Assembly (NCBI GenBank): GCA_964500505.1
Contig: CAZCNN010000001.1
Coordinates: 205,056-269,055 of the forward strand
DNA length: 64,000 nucleotides
Direction: 5' to 3'
DNA from: an uncultured Bdellovibrionales bacterium
GTDB lineage: Bacteria; Patescibacteriota; Minisyncoccia; Moranbacterales; UBA1568
In this document: positions 29,749 to 39,649 of the stretch, in pieces
How positions within the stretch are numbered: the first letter of the stretch is position 1
How the letters are laid out: each line of letters starts with the position of its first letter
Made by a program: the position numbers and the translations under genes
The notes under the pieces: generated by a model
Told to the model about the DNA's origin: nothing
The model's input: the letters and a program-made list of their open reading frames with translations, nothing else
Database searches by the model: none

Positions 29749-30177
29749 CTAGAGGAGCGACTTTTGTTTGGTGGCGAGATCCATAGCCTTGTTCGCTTCA
29801 GCATCGGCTCGGGTATTGTATTCACGTCTCACATGGACAAACCGTACTTCGGCAAAATCGAGCATGAGATTCCAGACCTGAAAGAAAAGCGGTTGGAGTT
29901 TTTCGTTTTCAATCTTGTAGATATGATTGAGCTGTTTGCATGCAAGCTCAGAGTCCATCCGACACTCGATATGTGCCTTTTTGGCTTTTTCCTTGCCGAT
30001 GAGGGCCTTGATCTTTTTGAGTCCGGCCACGATAGCACTGTATTCGGCCTCATTATTGGTTTTGGTCCCGAGAAATTCACCAAACGCCACATCAAGCGTC
30101 TCGATAAAGACGCCTGTTGCCGCCGGTCCCGGATTGCCCCGCGACCCCCCATCACTGTACATGACTATTTTCTCCAT
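29749..30177 (-). CDS. rnhA: Ribonuclease HI (start taken at the internal Met MEKIVMYSDGG)
   Basis: It has the RNase H motifs YSDGGSRGNPGPAA, NNEAEYSAI and NTRADAEANKA. The track ORF has a 27-aa N-terminal extension that is unlikely to be real. Confidence 0.78.
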   Translation of the reverse strand: MEKIVMYSDGGSRGNPGPAATGVFIETLDVAFGEFLGTKTNNEAEYSAIVAGLKKIKALIGKEKAKKAHIECRMDSELACKQLNHIYKIENEKLQPLFFQVWNLMLDFAEVRFVHVRREYNTRADAEANKAMDLATKQKSLL

Positions 30178-30356
30178 ACCCGGTAGTAGAACTTCGAACG
30201 CGAAGAAAAAATAATTTGGCTCTATAAATATCCCCGGAGAAAATATTCGAAGTTTCACTACCGGGCATAGACCCAGTATAGCAGAAAAATCCCTTATAAA
30301 AAAGAAAAAGCCCAGGAGCGTTGCTCGCTGGGAAAAGTGTCGACTGTTGCTCCTGA

Positions 30357-31154
30357 TTACTCGGAAGCTGGCACTTCCGCAGGCGCCGAGGCAGAATCCG
30401 CGCGCCAGGCATCGTAATGCGTCTGAAGTACCGCAAACGCCTGAGCACTTGCATCATGCCCGGCCTGAGCCGCGGCAAGAGTCTCTACTGCATGCTCGAG
30501 AGCTTGTCTTGCCCGTCTCAATCTCGCCATACAATCGGCTTGCTGTGAGGCATGAGCCTGAAAAGCCAGTGTCACCCAATGTGTAGCACCCGGCCAATGT
30601 GTGTCCAGTTCACGAGGCGATACCCGTAACTCGATGATGGCTCGCATCAATCGATCCAGGGGTGGCCCCGAGACTATCAGCTGTCCATCGACAGATTGCA
30701 AGGCCATCAGAATATCTTGTGTCCCAAAGCACAAGACGATACGCTCACTCCATGTAGCACGAAATAGGGTGCAAAGAACCTGAGATAGCGTCGACCCAGG
30801 TGACACGGCGGGCTTCTCACCGCTCTCGATGAGCGAATGAAACTGAGCCACCACAGGCTCACCTGTCCAGTCATCAGCCAGGCGAGCCAACCCACAATAC
30901 CGAGCCCGTAAAGGACGGAACGGGGCCATGACGTACTTCTCTTCCATCCCGCCAAAACCACTTCCGCACACATCATCACCGTGTCGGAACGGAAAGCTTA
31001 TGATGGCAACGAGCTGTCCAAAATAGTCGGGAAAAATCGGCAACATGTCGCCCTGACCACTCCCCAAGGTTATTGGATTCACCGAAGAATCGTGAGGATT
31101 CAATACAGCTTCCGCCGTGATATGCGAAACCGTCACGTTAAACCGCATGTTCAT
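30357..31154 (-). CDS. Hypothetical protein, compositionally atypical (GC- and Ala/Arg-rich)
   Basis: It is a 265-aa ORF. Local GC is visibly higher than the flanks and the C-terminus is Ala-rich (AVETLAAAQAGHDASAQAF). No motif recognised. Confidence 0.5.
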   Translation of the reverse strand: MNMRFNVTVSHITAEAVLNPHDSSVNPITLGSGQGDMLPIFPDYFGQLVAIISFPFRHGDDVCGSGFGGMEEKYVMAPFRPLRARYCGLARLADDWTGEPVVAQFHSLIESGEKPAVSPGSTLSQVLCTLFRATWSERIVLCFGTQDILMALQSVDGQLIVSGPPLDRLMRAIIELRVSPRELDTHWPGATHWVTLAFQAHASQQADCMARLRRARQALEHAVETLAAAQAGHDASAQAFAVLQTHYDAWRADSASAPAEVPASE

Positions 31155-31232
31155 CTCCTGCTAAGTGAGGGCCATGGCCCGGGAAGGTACTGTGCGTCTA
31201 CCCTAGCGAAAAAGGTAGGGTCTGTCAAAAAC

Positions 31233-32945
31233 CTAGTGACGCTTGATGTCGACCAACTTGAGCTGGAGAGAGGTGGAGCCATTCCAGGTATTTTCATCGA
31301 TGGTAAAGGCGATGTCGAGCACATCGTTTTCCTTGAGGTCAGGGAAGTTAGTGCCGAGCGAAAATCCGATAGCATCAAGACACTTAATCCCGCCCTGGGG
31401 GACGAGAGAGAGCTTCCAGTGCTTACTCCCATTCCCGACGAGACGCGCCTCGCGTACCACCATGTTCCGGAGCGCAAAGACTGGCTCGGGATTACCCTCA
31501 CCAAAGGGGGCAAAGGCCGAGATATCACGATAGAGCTTGGGGGTGATGTGTTCCGGCTCAAGGACGAGGTCAATCCACTGCTCCGGCTCGGTCACTACAT
31601 CGGCCAATTTTTTCTCGACTATCGAATTGAATTTGTCATAAAACGCGTCCATCCGGTCATTTTGGATGGTCATCCCGGCCGCCTGGGCATGTCCACCGAA
31701 TTTCTCGAGCATATCGCCACATTCCTCGAGGGCCTCGATGATATTGAGCTCGGGGATACTCCGAAATGATCCCGTACTCGTAGTCTCTCCTTTGGTCATG
31801 ACACAGGTCGGCTTGTGGAGTTCGTTGGCGATGCGTCCAGCAATGAGACCTACCACGCCGTAGGGAAAATGCTCATCGGCGGCAAAGATAAATTTCTTGT
31901 CGGCAAACTTCTCGAGGGCAATCTTGCGAACCCGATCGGTCACTTCGGTACTCACTTTCTGACGACGGACATTGCAGTCATCGAGCTCAAGGGCGAGTAC
32001 CCGAGCTTCGGCCTGATCGCGCTCCATGAGGAGTCGATGGGCGAGCATCGCATGAGCCATGCGCGAGGCAGCGTTGATCCGTGGCGCAATCTGAAAGCCA
32101 ATCATCCGAGCATTGGGGAGGTGCTCAGCATCAATCGGTATCCGCCCCACGGCAAACATCTCTTGAAAGCCGACACGTTTCGTTTTGGACAGCACGATAA
32201 GGCCGTACTTCACAATACAGCGGTTCTCACCGATAAGCGGCATGACGTCAGCGACTGTCCCCGTCGCCACTACATCGAGGAGCCACTTCAATTGGTCAAT
32301 TTCCTTGGGGAGGTACCGCATATAGAGGGCTTGGGCCACCTTGAAACTGGTCCCCGCACCACACAGTTCCCGAAAAGGATATTTCTCAGTCGGAACTTTT
32401 GGATTGACGATGGCATAGGCCTCGGGCATCACCTCGGGCACATGGTGATGGTCGATGACAATCGTGGCGATACCCCGACGCTTGGCCTCGAGGATCACAT
32501 CGTGATTCATGATGCCACAGTCGAGGGTAAGGACGAGCTTGATACCCTTACTCTCAAAGAAATCCACTGCAAGTAGATTGAACCCATGCCCTTCGTTGAC
32601 TTTTTCGGGGATATAGACCTCGACCGGTACTCCGATCGCTTGGAGCGCCTCCCGCATGATGACGGACGAAGTCACGCCGTCAGCATCAAAGTCGCCAAAG
32701 ACTCCGACGGTCTCGAGGTTGGCCCGAGCCTCGCCGAGACGGGTCACTATTTTCTCCATCTCAAGAAAGAGGAACGGATCATGGATATCACGGTCAAAGT
32801 TCGGCGACAAGAAAATGTCCCGGGCCTCCTTGGTCGTGTAGCCCCGTTCGCTGAGAAGCGCGTCCGTCACCGGATGCCACTCTTCCTGCCCCGTACTCTT
32901 GGGCAAACTCGCAATTTTATATTTCCACTGTGGCATACCCATCAA
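31233..32945 (-). CDS. recJ: Single-stranded-DNA-specific exonuclease RecJ
   Basis: The DHH-family motifs are VFGDFDADGVTS and IVIDHHH. A 570-aa length and the presence of a DHHA1 region match RecJ. Confidence 0.9.
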   Translation of the reverse strand: MMGMPQWKYKIASLPKSTGQEEWHPVTDALLSERGYTTKEARDIFLSPNFDRDIHDPFLFLEMEKIVTRLGEARANLETVGVFGDFDADGVTSSVIMREALQAIGVPVEVYIPEKVNEGHGFNLLAVDFFESKGIKLVLTLDCGIMNHDVILEAKRRGIATIVIDHHHVPEVMPEAYAIVNPKVPTEKYPFRELCGAGTSFKVAQALYMRYLPKEIDQLKWLLDVVATGTVADVMPLIGENRCIVKYGLIVLSKTKRVGFQEMFAVGRIPIDAEHLPNARMIGFQIAPRINAASRMAHAMLAHRLLMERDQAEARVLALELDDCNVRRQKVSTEVTDRVRKIALEKFADKKFIFAADEHFPYGVVGLIAGRIANELHKPTCVMTKGETTSTGSFRSIPELNIIEALEECGDMLEKFGGHAQAAGMTIQNDRMDAFYDKFNSIVEKKLADVVTEPEQWIDLVLEPEHITPKLYRDISAFAPFGEGNPEPVFALRNMVVREARLVGNGSKHWKLSLVPQGGIKCLDAIGFSLGTNFPDLKENDVLDIAFTIDENTWNGSTSLQLKLVDIKRH

Positions 32946-32974
32946 ATAATCATAACTTTCTCAGTCTAACACAA

Positions 32975-33008
32975 AAGAAAAACCCGCGCTCTGATGACAG
33001 CACGGGCT
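32975..33008 (-). terminator. Putative intrinsic terminator after dnaJ
   Basis: On the minus strand a GC-rich imperfect hairpin (CCCGUGC...GCGCGGG) is followed by UUUUUCUUUUG. Confidence 0.4.
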
Positions 33009-33018
33009 CAAACTCTAC

Positions 33019-34104
33019 CTATTTTACCCCCTTCAAAGATTCAATAGCGTGTTTGGCTTCGGAAGAGAGTTTCTTGGGGACGGAGAGCGTTACTGAGACC
33101 AGGTGATCGCCACGGCCGTAGCGCTGGAGATGAGGTACGCCTTTACCCTTGATACGGAAGACCTCCCCTGGCTGAGTCCCAGCCGGGATTTTCATAATCA
33201 CTTCACCCTCGATTGTCTCAATCGAGACCTTGGCCCCGAGCGCCGCTTCAGCAAAGCTCATGGCGTACTCTGTAACAATATCGTCTCCCTTGCGAACCAA
33301 AGTCTCATGCGGTCGCACATGGACATTGACATAGAGATCCCCTGGCCGGCTCCCGGCTTCTCCAGCGGCACCGTGCCCCGAGAGGGAAAGTGTCTGGCCA
33401 TCGCTGATACCAGCGGGGATATCGATACTGACACTTTCTTCACGCTGTGTCCGACCAGCTCCATGACACGTACTACACTGATCCGCATAGGTCTTGCCCC
33501 GACCCTGACACCGATCACAGGTCACAACCTGCTCCATCATGCCAAAGATACTCTGGACAGCCCGACGCACCCGACCAGCACCCAGACACTGCGCACAGGT
33601 GTTTTCTTGGCTCCCGGGTTTGCCGCCCGTCCCGTAACAGGTCTCACACTCGGACAGTTTACGCAAGTGCACTTCACGCTTGACCCCTCGGACCATTTCT
33701 TCGAACGATATCTCCACATCTACCTGGATATCAGCGCCGGCACGAGCCCGTCCACGTCCACCCATCCGTCCACCAAACAAATCAGAAAAAACATCCTCAA
33801 AGCCGGAGCCGTTGAAGTTAAATTCTTGCCCGTTGAAATCAAAACCTCCAAATCCACCAAAGCCTCCCTGGCCCGCGCCACCACCCTGACCCTGGGAGTG
33901 ATAATCCTGACCGGTCTGGTCGTAGCGGGCGCGCTTTTCTTTATTCCCGAGCACCTGGTAGGCCTCGTTAATTTCCTTGAACTTCTTTTCGTCGCCCGTC
34001 CCCTTGTCCGGATGGTACTGGTGGGCCAGCTTGCGAAAAGCCTTTTTGATCTCGTCCTCGGAGGCGCCCCGCGAAACACCGAGCGTACTGTAGTAGTCAG
34101 CCAT
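33019..34104 (-). CDS. dnaJ: Chaperone DnaJ
   Basis: The J-domain carries HPD (YHPDKG). It has a Gly/Phe-rich linker and four CxxCxGxG zinc-finger repeats. Confidence 0.92.
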   Translation of the reverse strand: MADYYSTLGVSRGASEDEIKKAFRKLAHQYHPDKGTGDEKKFKEINEAYQVLGNKEKRARYDQTGQDYHSQGQGGGAGQGGFGGFGGFDFNGQEFNFNGSGFEDVFSDLFGGRMGGRGRARAGADIQVDVEISFEEMVRGVKREVHLRKLSECETCYGTGGKPGSQENTCAQCLGAGRVRRAVQSIFGMMEQVVTCDRCQGRGKTYADQCSTCHGAGRTQREESVSIDIPAGISDGQTLSLSGHGAAGEAGSRPGDLYVNVHVRPHETLVRKGDDIVTEYAMSFAEAALGAKVSIETIEGEVIMKIPAGTQPGEVFRIKGKGVPHLQRYGRGDHLVSVTLSVPKKLSSEAKHAIESLKGVK

Positions 34105-34183
34105 AGGAAAACTGAAAGCATTTAGACAGCTTCTATTCTAGCGTAAAAAGCCAAAATTAGCAATCCCTATACATGAGTGCTAA

Positions 34184-35260
34184 TCACGGGAGGAGGACCT
34201 CCTGGGAACGTGGGGCCCGGGTGAGCGTAAGCCAGCCAAAGAAGATACCGATTCGGAAAACCACAAAACCAAAAGAAACCCAGAGAATCCCGAGAGCCGA
34301 ACCAAGGGGAAGAAGCGTCAAAAATAAAAGTACCGCCAGGACAAATGGCACGATAGCCGGTGAAAGGTGACGCGATGCCTGCTCGCCATTTAGGACCGTA
34401 ATAATACGGTTTTGGATGGCCACTGAAAACACATCAGCAATCTTCTCATCCCCTCGAATCTCTTTCCCCGTGAGACGGGCGACTTCGGCACGACCACGTG
34501 CAAGATAGAGCGCCTGAGTAAGTGCGGGGATATCGGAACTTTCACCCTGAGCGATGTTCTCTTTGACATATACCATGAGCTCAGGTGAAACACCGCTCAT
34601 CTCCTGATTTGCCCCCTCAGACGTCTGGTCTTTCTCCAAACTCAAAAGAAAGTCATCGACCGTCATGCCATCATTGGCGAGCGCCTGCCACTCAGGATTG
34701 AATGAGGCCACGGCTTTGAAGATAATACTTGCGGTCCCCTCCCCGAGGCTGAAGCGCGGTACGAGCTCTTCCCATGATTCGGTCTCGATGGTCGAAAAAT
34801 AGGCACTCGAGAGGGCGAGTGACAAGGCAAACACAAAGGTAAACACCCCAGCCCGAACATTACGAAAAAAGAGAAACCGAACTCGATCATCCATCTCGTC
34901 TTGAACCAGACGAATAGCCAGATACGCAAAGAGCGACGCAATCAAGACAAAGACCAAGTGATACCAAGTCTGTACAAAGAGGAGGCTCGGGACAAACAAA
35001 ACGAGTGGCGCAGCCACCTGTGACAATCGCTCACGCCACACCAGCGTCCCGAGGACATAGGCCGTACCGAGAAACGCGAACCAAGCGAGTGCTGTGAGCG
35101 TGGTGTTCAAATCTGGCAGGAGGACAGTCTCCAGGAATACTTGCCACGAACCAATCGATAGGAGTCCGACCGAAAGGACCACGAAAATCCCAAAAATATC
35201 ACGACTACTAAAGCGCTTGGGAGATACCGCCACAGTTGTCACCTGAGGTTTAGAGTCCAT
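34184..35260 (-). CDS. Polytopic membrane protein, hypothetical
   Basis: It has multiple hydrophobic helices and overlaps mltG by 11 nt. Confidence 0.55.
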   Translation of the reverse strand: MDSKPQVTTVAVSPKRFSSRDIFGIFVVLSVGLLSIGSWQVFLETVLLPDLNTTLTALAWFAFLGTAYVLGTLVWRERLSQVAAPLVLFVPSLLFVQTWYHLVFVLIASLFAYLAIRLVQDEMDDRVRFLFFRNVRAGVFTFVFALSLALSSAYFSTIETESWEELVPRFSLGEGTASIIFKAVASFNPEWQALANDGMTVDDFLLSLEKDQTSEGANQEMSGVSPELMVYVKENIAQGESSDIPALTQALYLARGRAEVARLTGKEIRGDEKIADVFSVAIQNRIITVLNGEQASRHLSPAIVPFVLAVLLFLTLLPLGSALGILWVSFGFVVFRIGIFFGWLTLTRAPRSQEVLLP

Positions 35261-36260
35261 GAAGCGTACGGTTACGCACGTGTTCCTCGAATGTCGTCGC
35301 GTAGACGGTCTCGCCTGTTTTGAGGCTCACCAGGAAATAGTAGTATGGGTTGGACCGAGGGGTGACGGCGGCCTCGAGTGAAACGAGACTGGGGTTTGTA
35401 ATTGGTCCCGGAGGCAAACCGGCGTATTTGTAGGTATTGTATGGCGAATCTGCATCGATGTCTTTGAACGTCGGCTGGAGCCGAGTCGTACCATGGACAT
35501 AGTTGACCGTGGCATCACTCTGGAGTGCCTGTCCGATGGCAATCCGCTTCCAAAATACATCACTGATCATGACGCGTTCATCCTTGGTCCGACCCTCTTC
35601 TTCGATGATGCTCGCCATGGTGACAAGTGAGAAAAAGCTTTTGCCAGTCTGTTTCGCACGAGGTGCGAGCCCCTCATATTTCTTGGCAAAGGTATCGAGG
35701 AGCGTCGTCACGATGGTTGTCGCGGTCGCTTCGGGAAGAAAGCGATAGGTATCCGGAAAGAGAAATCCCTCAAGCGTCGCCCCTACTGGAGCATCAGCCA
35801 AGAAAGCATACTTGGTCCGCCACTCTGGGAGCGGCTTCTCAGCCAAGGCCAAAAACTCCTCACCCGGGAGACCTACCTTGGTCAACCGCTCTGCCATCTG
35901 GGTCATAGTGAAGCCCTCTGGAAAGGTCACTTTGATATCGCGCGACACGGTCTTACCAGAAGTCACGATGGTACCGACCTCTGGAATAGTCGTACTACCC
36001 GAAAGCAAGTATTCGCCCGCAACGATGTCGTGTGTTTTTTGCTCTCGAGAGAGGTACCAGAGAAAGGCGTACTGTGAAAACACAATGCCGGATTCCTTGA
36101 GCCGTCCGCCGAGCTCGAGGGCATTCTCGCCTGATGCCACAACAAACCGCTGTTCTCCTGGTATTGAGCCAGTGAAATGATCGATGGCATACGAACCAGC
36201 CAAAAAGAACGCTCCGCTCACAAGCGTACCGATGATGGCAATGACAAAAAAGAGACGCAC
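35250..36260 (-). CDS. mltG: Endolytic murein transglycosylase MltG (YceG family)
   Basis: It has an N-terminal TM followed by a YceG-like domain (GEYLLSGSTTIPEV...PGPITNPS...PYYYF). Confidence 0.85.
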   Translation of the reverse strand: MRLFFVIAIIGTLVSGAFFLAGSYAIDHFTGSIPGEQRFVVASGENALELGGRLKESGIVFSQYAFLWYLSREQKTHDIVAGEYLLSGSTTIPEVGTIVTSGKTVSRDIKVTFPEGFTMTQMAERLTKVGLPGEEFLALAEKPLPEWRTKYAFLADAPVGATLEGFLFPDTYRFLPEATATTIVTTLLDTFAKKYEGLAPRAKQTGKSFFSLVTMASIIEEEGRTKDERVMISDVFWKRIAIGQALQSDATVNYVHGTTRLQPTFKDIDADSPYNTYKYAGLPPGPITNPSLVSLEAAVTPRSNPYYYFLVSLKTGETVYATTFEEHVRNRTLHGL

Positions 36261-36271
36261 AGGAAAGAAGT

Positions 36272-36715
36272 TTAGAGTCCAGTTACCTGCACGACGACAT
36301 CGCGCTTGCGCGAACCGTCAAATTCTACTGCAAAGATACTCTGTCGCTCGGTGAGGAGGAGCTTGCCCTTTTCCACGGGTACTACCTCGCTATTGCCAAG
36401 GAGGATAGCTTTACAGTGCGAATGACCATTGCTCCGGCCATCAGCAGTCCCAGATGTGCGACGGAGTTCAAACAAATCATGAGAATACTGAGCGTCCACC
36501 GGCACAATCTTGTAGAGCACCCGCATAAAGTCTTGCAGGAGCATGGGCTCATTGTGATTGATAGCTATGCCCATGGTCGTATGCGGGACATAGATGAGCG
36601 CCTGGCCCTCACGTACCCCTGAACGATCCACTACTTCTTGGATCTTATCCGTCATGTCCATGAATTCGATCTGAGATTTGCTCTCAAGATCGATTCGCTC
36701 CTTATGTATTTTCAT
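36272..36715 (-). CDS. YjbQ/UPF0047-family protein (secondary thiamine-phosphate synthase-like)
   Basis: PHTTMGIAINHNE and SHCKAILLG are typical of YjbQ. Confidence 0.85.
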   Translation of the reverse strand: MKIHKERIDLESKSQIEFMDMTDKIQEVVDRSGVREGQALIYVPHTTMGIAINHNEPMLLQDFMRVLYKIVPVDAQYSHDLFELRRTSGTADGRSNGHSHCKAILLGNSEVVPVEKGKLLLTERQSIFAVEFDGSRKRDVVVQVTGL

Positions 36716-36745
36716 AGTTTTTATTTTTCTCCTCTCGATCAGGAC

Positions 36746-37057
36746 CTAGAGCGCGGCGAGCTCGGCCTTGAGGGTATCTTTCGGTTGGACACCGATATAT
36801 TCTTTGACAACTGCCCCGGCCTTGAAGACTTTCATGGTTGGAATCGACATGATACCGAACTGCTGAGCTATTTCCGGATGTTCATCAACATTCAGCTTGC
36901 CAATTTTGACCGTCGTCACTTCGGTTGCCAGTTCCTCAATCACTGGACCCATCATCTGGCAGGGACCACACCATGGTGCCCAAAAATCGACGAGAACTGG
37001 TTTATCGCTTTTGATTACTTCGGCCTCAAAATTATCTTTCGTAAATTCAACCGCCAT
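36746..37057 (-). CDS. trxA: Thioredoxin
   Basis: It has the WAPWCGPCQM active site and is 103 aa. Confidence 0.92.
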   Translation of the reverse strand: MAVEFTKDNFEAEVIKSDKPVLVDFWAPWCGPCQMMGPVIEELATEVTTVKIGKLNVDEHPEIAQQFGIMSIPTMKVFKAGAVVKEYIGVQPKDTLKAELAAL

Positions 37058-37126
37058 ATTTGTGGAGAAAAAAGTATATTACCCTCCTAGTATACCGAAA
37101 CTCGAGAGAATTGGCAAAACAACTCA

Positions 37127-38956
37127 TTAGGACTTCTTGAGCACAGCGAGGAATGCTGAGGATGGGATAGAGACTCGACCAGCACCCATTTCTTTGGCTT
37201 TTTTCTTGCCTCTCTTTTGCTTCTCGAGGAGTTTTTTCTTACGTGAAAAGTCACCACCGTACATATAGCCTGTCACATCCTTGCGGTACGCTGCGATAGT
37301 CTCACGGGCGATAACCTTGCCACCGATGGCGGCCTGGAGGGCCACGGCAAAGTTTTGCCTCGGCAAGACCTCCTTTAGCTTTTCTACCACGCGCTTGCCC
37401 TCACTGTGGGCATCACGGCGGGGTACCATCCGAGCAAAGGCATCCACCGCTTCATTGGCGACCAAGATATCGAGCTTGATGACGTCACTCTCCCGATACC
37501 CGATCAGTTCATAGTTCATCGAGGCATAGCCAGAAGAGACACTCTTCAGATCATCGTGAAAATTGACGATCACATCCATGAGAGGCGCTTCGAAGGAGAG
37601 GAGCACCCGCTCTTCATCGAGATACTCAGTGTTCTTGTAGTCTGCACGTATCGACTGCGCCAGTTGCATGACCCCGCCGAGGTACTCACTCGGGGTGACG
37701 ATGGAGAGAGAGACATACGGCTCGTACATCATCTCTATGCCCGCGGGATCCGGCAGATCGACTGGCGAATAAAGCGGGACATGGGCCGTCTCACCCCGGA
37801 GCTTCATCTCATAAACGACCGATGGCGTAGTAATAGTCGGCACCAGATCAAACTCACGCTCGAGACGCGCCTGGATAATTTCGAGATGGAGGAGCCCCAA
37901 GAAACCACAGCGGAATCCCCGCCCGAGGGCCTGATTACTCTCTGGTTCAAAGGTGAAAGCAGCATCATTGAGCTTCAGCTTGTCGAGGGCATCACGCATG
38001 AGGGTATAGTCATCACCGTCGACCGGATACATACTGGCATAAACTGCGGGACGGATTTCTTTGTAGCCAGGCAGTCGCTCAACGACCGTCTGGTCGCGCT
38101 CTTTTTTCTTCCAAGTCACCGTGTCACCGACGCGACAGTCCGCCACTGCCTTGAGCCCAGTCGCGATATAGCCGATATCACCGGCCCGGAGGACGTCAGT
38201 CGCGACGAGGTTGGGATGAAAGAGTCCTACTTCGACAGTCACGCCCTCCTTTTCAGTCCCGAGCATATGGAGGACATCATCACGTTTGACGGTGCCATCA
38301 ACGACCTTCACGTAGGCCACTACGCCTTTGTAGGTGTTGTAGATCGAATCAAAGATAAGCGCGCGGAGGGGCGCCGTCTCATCACCTCCAGGGGCTGGGG
38401 TACGTTCAATCACGCGCTCAAGTACAGCTTCGACGCCGAGACCCGTCTTGCCAGAGGCAAGGAGGATATCGTTTTCATCACAGCCGAGAATATGGACAAT
38501 TTCTTTGCGTGTCTTGTCGACCTGAGCGTTCGGGAGATCAATCTTGTTGATGACCGGGACAATCTCGAGGCCCTGCTCAATAGCGAGGTAGAGATTGGCG
38601 AGTGTCTGCGCCTGCACCCCCTTGGTCGCATCGACGAGAAGGATAGCTCCCTCCACCGCTGCGAGCGACCGGGAGACTTCATAGTGAAAGTCGACGTGAC
38701 CAGGGGTATCGATCAAGTTCAGCTCATAGTCCACGTCCTTGTACCGGTGAAACATCTTGACCGGCTGGAGCTTGATGGTGATGCCACGCTCCCGCTCCAG
38801 ATCCATCTGATCAAGCAGTTGTTCCTTCATCTTGCGCTTTTCCACCGTGTGAGTGAGGTCGATAAGTCTATCGGCCAGGGTGGATTTCCCATGGTCAATA
38901 TGCGCAATAATGCAGAAATTTCGGATATGCTCTTGTCTCATAAGTTTTCTTGCCAC
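37127..38956 (-). CDS. lepA: Elongation factor 4 (LepA); GTG start
   Basis: It has the GTPase motifs AHIDHGKST and DTPGHVDF plus the LepA-specific C-terminal domain. The N-terminus is IRNFCIIAHIDHGKSTLADRL. Confidence 0.93.
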   Translation of the reverse strand: MARKLMRQEHIRNFCIIAHIDHGKSTLADRLIDLTHTVEKRKMKEQLLDQMDLERERGITIKLQPVKMFHRYKDVDYELNLIDTPGHVDFHYEVSRSLAAVEGAILLVDATKGVQAQTLANLYLAIEQGLEIVPVINKIDLPNAQVDKTRKEIVHILGCDENDILLASGKTGLGVEAVLERVIERTPAPGGDETAPLRALIFDSIYNTYKGVVAYVKVVDGTVKRDDVLHMLGTEKEGVTVEVGLFHPNLVATDVLRAGDIGYIATGLKAVADCRVGDTVTWKKKERDQTVVERLPGYKEIRPAVYASMYPVDGDDYTLMRDALDKLKLNDAAFTFEPESNQALGRGFRCGFLGLLHLEIIQARLEREFDLVPTITTPSVVYEMKLRGETAHVPLYSPVDLPDPAGIEMMYEPYVSLSIVTPSEYLGGVMQLAQSIRADYKNTEYLDEERVLLSFEAPLMDVIVNFHDDLKSVSSGYASMNYELIGYRESDVIKLDILVANEAVDAFARMVPRRDAHSEGKRVVEKLKEVLPRQNFAVALQAAIGGKVIARETIAAYRKDVTGYMYGGDFSRKKKLLEKQKRGKKKAKEMGAGRVSIPSSAFLAVLKKS

Positions 38957-39001
38957 GAGATTCCCTCAGGAATTTTTCGTGGTCCATTCCTAGACGTTCA
39001 C

Positions 39002-39059
39002 CCCTGTGAAATACGATATTATCGTGACCACAAGCTTTAGCTTATGGTATTTCACAGGG
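39002..39059 (-). promoter_or_regulatory. Structured 5'-leader element upstream of lepA: a 13-bp perfect inverted repeat closing a ~33-nt loop that contains two sub-hairpins
   Basis: ccctgtgaaatac...gtatttcacaggg is a perfect inverted repeat. It lies 45-100 nt upstream of the lepA GTG. The loop contains AAGCU-AA-AGCUU and ACGAUA-AU-AUCGU mini-hairpins. Confidence 0.4.
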
Positions 39060-39393
39060 TAAACGAAAAATGGCTTTAAAGCAAGATTTCCATGGTAATT
39101 TAGGCACCAACCACAATCTCGTATTGTCGCTAAGAAAGAAAAAAGACGTCCTTGAGATTTCAAGAACGCCTCAAATGTTTGGGCGAGATTCCGCCACTCA
39201 ATCAATCGACCAGAGACATGGCCAGTGTCTCGGTGACATGGCTCTATCTTCTTCACTCGGCTCTGCGGGCTGGACTTCCTCTACCGCTGCCTCATCCTGC
39301 ACCGGAGGCGAAGCATCGAGAGCAAGCAACCGCAGTTCCCGAGCGTTAGCGATTTCAAACATGACCCTACTCCAGTTGGTAAGTTGCGACAAC

Positions 39394-39430
39394 AAAAAAG
39401 CCGGTCTTGCTCTGGGGCGAGACCGGCTTC
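39394..39430 (-). terminator. Intrinsic terminator inside the long lepA-upstream non-coding region
   Basis: On the minus strand the hairpin AGCCGGUCU-CGCCCCAGAGCA-AGACCGGCU is followed by UUUUUU. It lies ~210 nt downstream of the stop of the 39650..40303 gene. Confidence 0.5.
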
Positions 39431-39649
39431 TGTCTACTGTTTCACTTCTTCATCATCCGCGTGTAACAGCAAAAAGAAATCGACCTCGCTTCTCCCAGAA
39501 GAAGAAGCCAGTCATAAACATGAAACACATGGAAATGGTAGTCGAAATTTGTTGCATAAATGTATTCTCAAATTATCAAGACAAGGAGAAAGTGTCAACT
39601 CCATACATGAAACAATCCTCCACCAAAGTCGAGACTCGGCCTACGACCT

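Noticed and set aside
29749-30258. N-terminal extensions in track ORFs for rnhA, rmlB, mraZ, NUDIX, GT4 (44120-45454) and tyrS-neighbour calls
   Set aside because: The extensions are hydrophobic or low-complexity and lack conservation logic. Internal Met codons restore canonical N-termini and remove overlaps with neighbours, so shorter starts were adopted.
37406-39040. Long plus-strand ORFs antisense to confirmed minus-strand genes: 544 aa opposite lepA, 340 aa opposite dnaJ (33103-34125), 296 aa opposite hrpA (10523-11413), 317 aa opposite glyA/rmlA (47668-48621), 273 aa opposite GT4 (6217-7038), 262 aa opposite recJ (30981-31769), 706-aa-scale overlaps and others
   Set aside because: The products are low-complexity and Arg/Ser/Pro-rich. 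They lie antisense to genes with strong family motifs. They are the expected by-product of GC-rich RNY codon bias. No plus-strand promoter or operon context was seen.
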